Virus record (IMG/VR): IMGVR_UViG_3300025608_000006
From: a virus
Taxonomy: Duplodnaviria > Caudoviricetes
Strand: one strand, 5' to 3'
Length of the DNA: 64,000 bases
How positions within the stretch are numbered: the stretch's first letter is position 1; each line of letters starts with the position of its first letter. This document shows, one piece after another, positions 49,011-56,550 of this stretch. The translations under genes and the position numbers were made by a program. The notes beneath the pieces are model-generated. The model did no database searches, was not told the origin of the DNA, and saw only the letters and a list, made by a program, of their open reading frames with translations.

Positions 49011-49161
49011 AGTCAGTCTCCCCCATAAGTTCTGTATCTACAATATCGGAATGTTCAAACGAGTAATCACACTCGCTCATGATGTCCTGGATGTCAGCGT
49101 CCCTAAGGACCTCCAACGCCACTGTGACATAAACTGTCTTGGTGTTGTCAGCGCCTGCCAT
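49003..49161 (-). CDS. small acidic hypothetical protein
   Basis: MAGADNTKTVYVTVALEV...; coupled to both neighbours. Confidence 0.5.
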   Translation of the reverse strand: MAGADNTKTVYVTVALEVLRDADIQDIMSECDYSFEHSDIVDTELMGETDYA

Positions 49162-49379
49162 TAGCAGTCCTCCCCAAATGCGTCATACAGTTCTGTCAAG
49201 TAATCAACGTCTGGCTCATCGTCTTCGAAGAACCGCTCGCTCAACTCATTACAGTCAAGCATATCCTCAACGTCATCGTTGCTCATATACTTGAGCGCCA
49301 TAGTCAGCATGTCTTCTGCTGACACCATGCCGTTCTCAACCAACTCAAGTGCGATATCTCTGTAGTTTGTCATTTGCAA
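49161..49379 (-). CDS. early hypothetical protein
   Basis: Own promoter module; LKYMSNDDVEDML. Confidence 0.65.
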   Translation of the reverse strand: MQMTNYRDIALELVENGMVSAEDMLTMALKYMSNDDVEDMLDCNELSERFFEDDEPDVDYLTELYDAFGEDC

Positions 49380-49447
49380 ATGCCCTCTGCTTTGTTTAAC
49401 TTATATATACACTATAGCACCGAATGCGCTATGTGTCAACCTCTTTT

Positions 49448-49651
49448 TTAAGCTATAGCTTCTTCTTTTGTTTTGCGATGATAGAACGCTTCCAAGTCTA
49501 CGCAGCCGTCTACTTCAAGACCTGCGAGCAGCTGGGTGCGTTCTTGTTCATCGAATGCTTGATGATATTCATCCGGAGTATATTCACTAGCAGCGCAGTA
49601 GTTGGCGCCTTCCCAAACTAGTACAAAACGGTTGAAACGTACTTCTGACAT
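49448..49651 (-). CDS. early hypothetical protein
   Basis: True start MSEVRF behind a promoter module. Confidence 0.6.
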   Translation of the reverse strand: MSEVRFNRFVLVWEGANYCAASEYTPDEYHQAFDEQERTQLLAGLEVDGCVDLEAFYHRKTKEEAIA

Positions 49652-49723
49652 AGCAGTAATCCCTCTGCGTTTGTTTCTATACAAGTAGTATAACACAGCC
49701 CGAAGGCTGTGTCAACCTTTTTT

Positions 49724-50206
49724 TTAGATGTCGTAGCCTTGTGCTTTGAGGCGTGCCACTTCAAGTGTTACACGAGTCTCCAAGTCGTCAAAGATTGGAA
49801 AGCCAAGTGCGTCCGAACCTGCATTGTAACGGTCATGCACAATCCAACCTGCGGCAGTGTGCAAGTAAAAGTATTCGCAGCCGCTGCCTGTGTAGTATTC
49901 AACAAACTCCTGCACAGTGTCAAACTCGACTGCTTCTGTGTTGCTTTCGCCTCTGTCACGTCCGTAGAATACAGTAACGCCTTCCTCTGGAGTTGCAAAG
50001 CTGTGTCCGCTGCCTGGCATTGGAAAAATTTCTTCTGCCATGTAGCTTTGATCGCCTAGCTCTACCATCTGTGCAACTTTGCGAGCTTGCTGGTAGTGCT
50101 CCTGCAACGTGCGTCCTGCGCCTGCTACATAGCCATCATAGTGTGAATACTTTGCACGGATTTTGCCTTCTGGTGTTTTGTAACCAATTGCTGAACGAGT
50201 TCCCAT
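49724..50206 (-). CDS. early hypothetical protein (MGTRS-type)
   Basis: Own promoter module; MGTRSAIG...HYDGY...YGRDRGE...EYFYL. Confidence 0.7.
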   Translation of the reverse strand: MGTRSAIGYKTPEGKIRAKYSHYDGYVAGAGRTLQEHYQQARKVAQMVELGDQSYMAEEIFPMPGSGHSFATPEEGVTVFYGRDRGESNTEAVEFDTVQEFVEYYTGSGCEYFYLHTAAGWIVHDRYNAGSDALGFPIFDDLETRVTLEVARLKAQGYDI

Positions 50207-50285
50207 TGCATATGCTCCTTATGCGTTTGTTTAACTTATACATACACTATAGCACCTGAATGCTATAGTGTCAACCTTTTTCTGC

Positions 50286-50561
50286 CTATGCCTCCAAACT
50301 TTTTAGCATGCTGGCTGTGACCTTCCACTTGCCCTGCGTGGGCGAGTTTACAATCACTGTCTTGCGATTGATTTTCTCAACCATTCCCGTCACAGTGCGT
50401 CCACCGCGTCCTGTGAAGCTTACAGCATCGCCTACAGTGAGTGAACGTGCTGTAGCTCGTGCGTTGAATGTGCGTTGGAGTTTGATTGCTTCAACCACTT
50501 GGTTGATCTCATCGTTGTTCATGTTGCGGATTGCTGTGATTGCGGTTTGTACGTTGTTCAT
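50286..50561 (-). CDS. early hypothetical protein with SH3/KOW-like C-terminus
   Basis: Own promoter module; LTVGDAVSF...GMVEKINRKTVIV...WKVTASML. Confidence 0.7.
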   Translation of the reverse strand: MNNVQTAITAIRNMNNDEINQVVEAIKLQRTFNARATARSLTVGDAVSFTGRGGRTVTGMVEKINRKTVIVNSPTQGKWKVTASMLKSLEA

Positions 50562-50604
50562 CTTGTAGCCCTCTTTGTTAACTTATACATACACTATAGC
50601 ACCA

Positions 50605-50823
50605 CTATGCTAGAATGTCAACCTCTTTTTCAAACTTTTCTACAGTTTCTTCAAATTGTTTTGCAAGCGATACCAAGTTCATCATAGCAAACTCAGCTTC
50701 CATGCTGCCTGCTTCTGTTGTGTCCAGTATGCGGATGCGCTCTGCCATCATGCCTGCGATTGCTTTATATGCACCGCACTCACGTGCTGTCTTCATGCTT
50801 TGATCAAAAAATGTATCGTTCAT
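50605..50823 (-). CDS. early hypothetical protein
   Basis: Own promoter module; C-terminus overlaps the next promoter. Confidence 0.65.
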   Translation of the reverse strand: MNDTFFDQSMKTARECGAYKAIAGMMAERIRILDTTEAGSMEAEFAMMNLVSLAKQFEETVEKFEKEVDILA

Positions 50824-50887
50824 CTTGTTGCCCTCTTGCTTAACTTATACATACACTATAGCACCAGTCGTGCTAGTTGTCAACTCC

Positions 50888-51280
50888 TTATTGCAAGAAA
50901 TCTTCCTTTAGGATCTCCAGCATACGAACTGCTTCTGTACGTGCTTGATCAATAGCTTCAATTGCCATGCCGTTGATAACGCCGTCTGTTTTGTCATCTT
51001 GTGCCAGCCAATCTGCAGGTGACTCTGCTACAATTGAGCCTAGGTAGCTCTCGCCCATAACCTTGCCGTCATACTTGGCTTGCACACGAACGATCATGTG
51101 CTGCCAAAAGCCCGACTCCAAGTTTTCAATCAACTCAGGGTAGTAGTCTGCCTCAGTGTCAAACAACAGATCCAACTGAGTGTCGTCTGGAGCGAACGCA
51201 ATCTCTACTGTGAACTGCTCGTGGTCGAACTCTTCCTCTACGTAGAAGTTGTCGTTGTTTTTGAAAAATGCGTGTGTCAT
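50888..51280 (-). CDS. early hypothetical acidic protein
   Basis: Own promoter module. Confidence 0.65.
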   Translation of the reverse strand: MTHAFFKNNDNFYVEEEFDHEQFTVEIAFAPDDTQLDLLFDTEADYYPELIENLESGFWQHMIVRVQAKYDGKVMGESYLGSIVAESPADWLAQDDKTDGVINGMAIEAIDQARTEAVRMLEILKEDFLQ

Positions 51281-51429
51281 GTGCTTGCCCTTTGTTCTAA
51301 CTATACATACACTATAGCACAGGTGTGCTGGGTTGTCAACCTCTAATTTAAACTTTTTTCTGAGGACCCAACAGCGGGGCCTACAGGTGTGTACACTATA
51401 GCACAGTGTGCGCTATAGTGCAAATTATT

Positions 51430-51675
51430 TTATAGCTGCTCTAGTGCAGCTTCTATTATATTATGCGCACAGCTGTCTGTTGCAAAGCCCTCCTCTTGTG
51501 CAAAGTCGACGCTGCTGCTGCACATAATAGTGTCTGTGTTTACATTAACGTTGTTTGCTGTAAACAGTGCTGCAAGTTGTGCTGCTGTGTATGCAGCGCC
51601 TACAACTGTGTTGTTTACTGTTACAACAATTGCAGCGTCTGTTGCGTTTAGGAATACGTAGTTTGTGTTTTGCAT
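51430..51675 (-). CDS. early hypothetical protein (GA/TC-poor segment)
   Basis: Own promoter module; CSSSVDFAQEEGF. Confidence 0.6.
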   Translation of the reverse strand: MQNTNYVFLNATDAAIVVTVNNTVVGAAYTAAQLAALFTANNVNVNTDTIMCSSSVDFAQEEGFATDSCAHNIIEAALEQL

Positions 51676-51804
51676 AATGTGCTCCTCATATGCTTGTTTA
51701 ACTTATACATACACTATAGCATATGTATAAGCAGTTGTCAACTGAAAGTAATTGTTGGAAAACAAGCACTTAGCATTTTTTTACTAAGTGCTTGTTTTTG
51801 TTGG

Positions 51805-52074
51805 TTAAATTGCGCAATGTACAATGCGCAAATAACGTGCTGTGCTAGGCATAGCGTATGCAAACGTTTTAGTTGCGTGTACACATTTAACGTTTAGTGC
51901 TTGCTGCAACTGCTGCAATACACTAGGAGGCATGCTGCTTACAGTAAAGCACAAGTTGCGCAGTTTAGGATTTACACACATATTTGTATAAGTGTGCTTG
52001 CTTACAGCAATATTGTTTTGCTTTAGGATGTTACGTACAATGTTACGTGCTGTTTTAGTAGTAGTATTTTGCAT
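51805..52074 (-). CDS. early hypothetical protein lacking Asp/Glu/Gly/Trp
   Basis: True start MQNTTTK behind a promoter module. Confidence 0.55.
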   Translation of the reverse strand: MQNTTTKTARNIVRNILKQNNIAVSKHTYTNMCVNPKLRNLCFTVSSMPPSVLQQLQQALNVKCVHATKTFAYAMPSTARYLRIVHCAI

Positions 52075-52165
52075 ATAAAGCCCTCTATGCTTGTTTACGT
52101 TATATACACTTATAGCACAAGTGTGCGCTGCTGTCAAGTGTTTTTTTAACAGCAGCACAACTTTT

Positions 52166-52369
52166 TTACAAGTACTTGCTTTCGTTTACCTCGTCGTTGC
52201 TGTAGCGTGTAGCTGCTACAATTGCAGCATAATCGGAGTTTGCCGCTAATAGCTGCTGCATAACAGCAACAAGCTCCTCTGCTGTGTCTATGCACAGTGT
52301 TTGCGTTTGTGTTACGTACTCGAGTTGTTGTGCGCAGTGCTGTAGTGCTAGTGCTTGTGTAATTTGCAT
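52166..52369 (-). CDS. early hypothetical protein
   Basis: True start MQITQ behind a promoter module. Confidence 0.55.
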   Translation of the reverse strand: MQITQALALQHCAQQLEYVTQTQTLCIDTAEELVAVMQQLLAANSDYAAIVAATRYSNDEVNESKYL

Positions 52370-52461
52370 AGTTTGCCCTCTATGTTTGTTTACGTTATAA
52401 CTTAATATAGCACAAGTGTGCGCTGCTGTCAACTGAAAAATGCTAACAGCAGCAACTTTTT

Positions 52462-52755
52462 TTATGCAACTTGCATACTTGTAATAGTGTCTGCATAGTA
52501 GTGCAGCATGCTATACATGCATTCTCTAACAGCAGTATCCGCAGCACTGTTTAAACAGGCAGCTGCTAAACTGTTTACTGTTGTGTGCTGCATGTAGTTG
52601 TCGTATAAAAATTGCATTTTATAGCAGTTGTCTAATATGCAGTAGTCGTTTGCTTCCGCTACGCTGTCATGTGCAGCGTGTGTAATTGCTTCCGCATAGC
52701 TTGCAATTGCGCTTGCTACTACTTCCGCATAAATTGCTTGTTGTGTGTTTTGCAT
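52462..52755 (-). CDS. early hypothetical protein
   Basis: Promoter module with a TAGACA -35 variant. Confidence 0.55.
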   Translation of the reverse strand: MQNTQQAIYAEVVASAIASYAEAITHAAHDSVAEANDYCILDNCYKMQFLYDNYMQHTTVNSLAAACLNSAADTAVRECMYSMLHYYADTITSMQVA

Positions 52756-52892
52756 AGTAATGCCCTCTATGTTGTTAACTTATACATACACTATAGCATA
52801 TGTTTGTGTGTTTGTCTAGCGAAAAGAAGTGTTGGAAAACAAGCACTTAGCATTTTTTTTGTAAGTGCTTGTTTTTGTTAATTAAATTATTT

Positions 52893-53126
52893 TTACGTTT
52901 GCCATGCAACTACACTGTCATTTTGTATAGCAACACGTACATTTTCTAATGCGCCATTTGCTGCACTACGCTTTGCAAAAAAGTGCATAATGTCTCCGGC
53001 ACTGTGTTTTGTTTTGTTGTAAAAATTAAAACTTGTGTATACACACTTGTCTACTGCACAGTAAGCAACAGCAGTTGCGTTAGTAGCAAGGTCGGATACA
53101 TTATTAGCATTTGTGTAACGTAGCAT
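52893..53126 (-). CDS. early hypothetical protein
   Basis: Own promoter module. Confidence 0.55.
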   Translation of the reverse strand: MLRYTNANNVSDLATNATAVAYCAVDKCVYTSFNFYNKTKHSAGDIMHFFAKRSAANGALENVRVAIQNDSVVAWQT

Positions 53127-53309
53127 ATTATAGCCCTCTATTTTGTTAACTTGTACATACAGTATAACACAAACAGCACAGTTGTCAACTGAAAAATGAA
53201 CAAAAATGAACAGCTAAGTCATTGACTGCCAACAGTTTTAAATTTTATTTTAGCCAATACAATCAAACACTTAGCAGCACCTCGGGCACAAATGTGAACA
53301 CAGTCGGCA

Positions 53310-53642
53310 CTACATGCTCCAGTATGCCTCACTAGCTGGGCTCATATAGTTGGGAGTGTTGACCGACTCAGTATACAGTGTGTTGCTCATCATATTTGTG
53401 CGTGTGCGACTCTTCTCAATAGTACTATGGAAGTAGTTGGCCTCTGCTATGCCATAACGGTACTGAGGATCGTTGACTGAGTCCTTGAGGTCTGCTCTAT
53501 AACGTTTGCTCATCTTAGTAAGAGCAGCTTGGGCAGCACTCATGGTCTTGTAGCTCTTGCGGTGATCTGGACGAACCTCGCCCGAACGTGTGTCCATCTT
53601 GCCCATGATGTAAGTTGACGATTTTTCATAAATGTAATACAT
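53310..53642 (-). CDS. early hypothetical protein
   Basis: Own promoter module; ESVNTPNYMSPASEAYWSM. Confidence 0.7.
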   Translation of the reverse strand: MYYIYEKSSTYIMGKMDTRSGEVRPDHRKSYKTMSAAQAALTKMSKRYRADLKDSVNDPQYRYGIAEANYFHSTIEKSRTRTNMMSNTLYTESVNTPNYMSPASEAYWSM

Positions 53643-53701
53643 AGTGATCCCTCTACGTTTGTTAACTTATAATACTACTATAGCACCATACTGCAGGCTT
53701 G

Positions 53702-53917
53702 TCAACCTTTTTGTTTGAGGCGCCGCCTTCTTTGAGCAGCCACCTGGGGTCTGAATTGTTCTTTTAGTGTGCTCAAGTTCTCGCTCACAAACTCTTCAAA
53801 TGAATATGGTTGAACCTGACGGAAGCCATCATACTCATCTCGATTCTCCCAGTAGCGATTGGTACAGAACACTCTGAAACTTCTTGGACGATGATAGCTT
53901 GAATGTGAATGACTCAT
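53702..53917 (-). CDS. early hypothetical protein
   Basis: True start MSHSH behind the first promoter module of the array. Confidence 0.6.
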   Translation of the reverse strand: MSHSHSSYHRPRSFRVFCTNRYWENRDEYDGFRQVQPYSFEEFVSENLSTLKEQFRPQVAAQRRRRLKQKG

Positions 53918-54025
53918 GTTATAGCCTCTGATCAATTAACCTATACACTAACTATAACACCAACAGTTGCGTTTGTCAACCTCTGATTCACAAACTCAAC
54001 AACAAACAACAGAACCTAAACCCCC

Positions 54026-54632
54026 AACAGCGGGGCCTTTACAGCACAGTGTACAGTATACTAGTAGTAGAGTCAATAGTAGTAGAGCTGAGTGTGAACA
54101 GTATAGTAATAGTAGTAGTAGAGCACAACCTATACAGCATAGTAGTAGCAGTAGTAGTTGAGCTAGAGTTGACACTATACAGTCAGTCAGGTGCTGTACT
54201 AGTAGTAGAGCTCTACGAGGAAGGTGCCAACAGCGGGGCCTTTGACAGCATACACGGTGTCATACACGGTGTCAACACCATCAAATGTGGTTTTCTTGGT
54301 TGATTTTGGGTGAGTAGATGTTATAATATAACAGTTCTCTTCACGGTTTGCACCACTATATATAGTATGAAAAAAATTCTTGCGCTCGGTCACGAGAGGC
54401 ATAGTTCAAATACTTTTGCAGGTTTGCATTCTACAGTTTACACCTTTGCAATTTGCAACTCACACTCGTTAACAGCGGGGCCTTTGTGTGTGTACGTTGG
54501 TTGTATAGGCTCAATAGCTCCGCTCAACTACTACTACTACTACTAGCAGTATCACTACTACTACTCATACTACTCATACTCAAGATGGATAGGCTCTTCT
54601 ACTCCAGTAGATTGTTCAACAGCGGGGCCTTT
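54026..54632 (+). repeat. Four direct copies of AACAGCGGGGCCTTT (fifth, partial copy at 51370)
   Basis: Exact 15-mers at 54026, 54229, 54471 and 54618 within low-complexity (TAG)n/(CTA)n DNA. Confidence 0.85.
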
Positions 54633-54717
54633 GTGTGTTTGCTACTACTACTATAGTCCGTGTATACGCATATGCCTTTTATGCTTGACAGAGTGTATAG
54701 TGTGTGCTATATAGTAG

Positions 54718-54987
54718 ATGTATTTGTATTGTATAAGTGATGGTTCATTGTGTAAGTTTGGTTATAGTGTGGATCCTCAACGTAGATTGCGTAGTTTACA
54801 AACGGGTAGTAGTAGTCAATTAGAGTTGGTTCATAGTATACTAGTAGATGTAGATCAGGGTAGGGTATTAGAGCGTACATTTCATCGTGAGTATGCTCAT
54901 CGTCGTGCTAGAGGGGAATGGTTTCGTTGTACAGTAGAGGAAGCAGTAGTGTGGTTAACGTGGTTTGAAATACACTATGTTAACTAG
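54718..54987 (+). CDS. T5orf172/GIY-YIG-like protein
   Basis: YLYCI...KFGYSVDPQRRLRSLQTG...LERTFH...GEWF; TTGACA promoter upstream. Confidence 0.75.
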   Translation: MYLYCISDGSLCKFGYSVDPQRRLRSLQTGSSSQLELVHSILVDVDQGRVLERTFHREYAHRRARGEWFRCTVEEAVVWLTWFEIHYVN

Positions 54988-55195
54988 ATTTCTTGCCCAT
55001 TAGTCGAGCTTTGTATTCATCAGCTGCTGACTGTTTGGGTTGTTCTCGTTGAGTGGGTTCAGGGTCTTCTACTACTACACTAGCGGGTTCAAGGTTTGTG
55101 TTTGTGCTGTTGAGTTCTAGTTGTGCTCTTAGACGCTCGATGCGAGTTCTTAGTTCTTGTACTTTTTGATGTATATCCATTGGGTGCGCTTTCAC
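54980..55195 (-). CDS. hypothetical coiled-coil protein
   Basis: 71 aa ORF in the minus-strand cluster. Confidence 0.5.
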   Translation of the reverse strand: MKAHPMDIHQKVQELRTRIERLRAQLELNSTNTNLEPASVVVEDPEPTQREQPKQSAADEYKARLMGKKSS

Positions 55196-55302
55196 TAGTG
55201 GTGTCTACACCTTCCACAGTCATGTAGTGCAGCAGTTGCAGTAGACTTTCTCTAGTGTGACTGTTGAGTGTGCTGTTGTTGAGTTGTAGTAGTATTTGTC
55301 GT

Positions 55303-55683
55303 TTATTCATCTGTTGTGCTTGGGGGAGGCTGATTGTTGCCTGAGAGTCTCAGTTTGGGTCTTCCTTTGGTGCGGATTACTCCGGGTATGGGTGTGGTTC
55401 TTGGCTGTGGGGGTTGTTCACCTTTGACTCTAGTGGTGTAGCTGCCGTCCTCGTTCTCTTCTGTGATCATTTCTGCACGTTCGATGTTGAAGTATGCTGC
55501 CACTAGGTCACACACCAAGTATACTTCTTCAGCAGCAGCGTCAGTGGTCTGTAGTTCTGCTACTAGAGCGCTCCAGTTCAACAGTTGATTCACTGCTTCC
55601 AGTACTGCACTTTGAATTTCGTCATCGCTCAAATCATCATCATCATAGTTGTCGTCGTTCATACTCAGCTTTCCTCCTGCCAT
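55303..55683 (-). CDS. hypothetical acidic protein
   Basis: 126 aa ORF. Confidence 0.55.
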   Translation of the reverse strand: MAGGKLSMNDDNYDDDDLSDDEIQSAVLEAVNQLLNWSALVAELQTTDAAAEEVYLVCDLVAAYFNIERAEMITEENEDGSYTTRVKGEQPPQPRTTPIPGVIRTKGRPKLRLSGNNQPPPSTTDE

Positions 55684-55946
55684 TCTATGGTGTCCACATC
55701 CCAGCAGTCATCAAATGCTACAGTAAACTGTTGTAGGCTCACTGTGTCCTGCAGTTGTACCAAACTCTGCTCCATGTCCCTCACCTGTATAACGCCTATG
55801 CTTTCGTACACCTCGGGTGTGCCTGGATGAGCTTGACCCACTTGTAGACCACTTGCACTCACTGGTGTGCCTGTTTCGTCCACAAAGGTCACTGTTCGAA
55901 ATCTGCAGGCCCAGCTTTCGCCCACTGGTATGTCTTGAATTTTCAT
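55665..55946 (-). CDS. hypothetical protein
   Basis: 93 aa ORF with AGGAGCA RBS. Confidence 0.6.
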   Translation of the reverse strand: MKIQDIPVGESWACRFRTVTFVDETGTPVSASGLQVGQAHPGTPEVYESIGVIQVRDMEQSLVQLQDTVSLQQFTVAFDDCWDVDTIEWQEES

Positions 55947-56049
55947 CGTTGTGCTCCTGTGCGTTTGATATACTATTACTTATACCAACACAGTCTAGCA
56001 GATAAATATTTGTGACTAGCTAGTATAGTCCACAACAGGAGAATTTCCC

Positions 56050-56271
56050 ATGAGTACACTACGTAACCTAAACGTCAATCTAGAGATAGGACAGACTATC
56101 CTAGTGGGCCAGAATCGCGAGCCAGCTACCATAACCAAAATAGAGTTTCACGAGAGAAGTGGAGAAATTTCAATCAATACAACCAAGGGACCTAGAAAGG
56201 CTCTTACATTTAGTTTGTGTGAGCAGAGTGATCAGCAGGACTACTCTAACATAGCTGACAAGTACCGCTGA
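56050..56271 (+). CDS. small SH3/KOW-like hypothetical protein
   Basis: ATAAATA box and AGGAG RBS; LEIGQTILVG...ITKIE. Confidence 0.6.
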   Translation: MSTLRNLNVNLEIGQTILVGQNREPATITKIEFHERSGEISINTTKGPRKALTFSLCEQSDQQDYSNIADKYR

Positions 56272-56287
56272 AAGTATAAATACTAGC

Positions 56288-56548
56288 ATGAGAGTAGATG
56301 AACTATTAGAATCAGAACAAGATCTTGATGATTGGGCAGCAAGTCGCAGTCTATGCAAGAGTTCAAAGCCCAACAGCGCATTGGGTGCCAGCGCACTAGC
56401 CAGCTGCAAGAGTCAGGGCTATAGACGCAGAACACACAAGCGCAAGTTCAAGCTGAGTGCCAAAGGCAAACGTCAAGGCGTTGAAGGCAAGAAGGTCAAG
56501 GGCAAGAAGTATGGTGGTCCTCTACCTGACTATGGCAGCGGAAGCTAG
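56288..56548 (+). CDS. small basic late protein
   Basis: Perfect TATAAATA upstream; K/R-rich C-terminus. Confidence 0.6.
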   Translation: MRVDELLESEQDLDDWAASRSLCKSSKPNSALGASALASCKSQGYRRRTHKRKFKLSAKGKRQGVEGKKVKGKKYGGPLPDYGSGS

Positions 56549-56550
56549 CT

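Larger units (their letters stand above)
42613..53990 (-). repeat. Dispersed repeat: 24 copies of an early promoter-leader module
   Basis: Consensus GGTTGACA-N16/17-TATA(C/G)TGTAT(A/G)TA(A)-AGTTA-A-rich-(G/A)AGGGCA-4/8 nt-ATG before starts at 42612, 42947, 43798, 45125, 45786, 46115, 46968, 47291, 47585, 47848, 48344, 49379, 49651, 50206, 50561, 50823, 51280, 51675, 52074, 52369, 52755, 53126, 53642 and 53917. Confidence 0.9.

Noticed and set aside
51805-52432. Longer ORF-track starts (52158, 52432; likewise 43861, 49696, 53935)
   Set aside because: The extensions merely translate the promoter module; true starts follow the RBS box.
42613-53990. Integron-like attC cassette array (GTTRRRY-like GTTAAAC/GTTAGAC/GTTAAGC/GTTAGGC occur in several leaders)
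   Set aside because: No complementary RYYYAAC box after the upstream stops, no attC-type hairpin, many leaders do not fit GTTRRRY, and no integrase is in the window; the repeats are explained as promoters.
54026-54632. CRISPR array from the 15-mer repeats
   Set aside because: Repeats are too short, and spacing (147-242 nt) is too long and irregular.
54049-54656. Short ORFs in the low-complexity block
   Set aside because: Translations are S/V/L/Y runs produced by TAG/CTA repeats, with no RBS.
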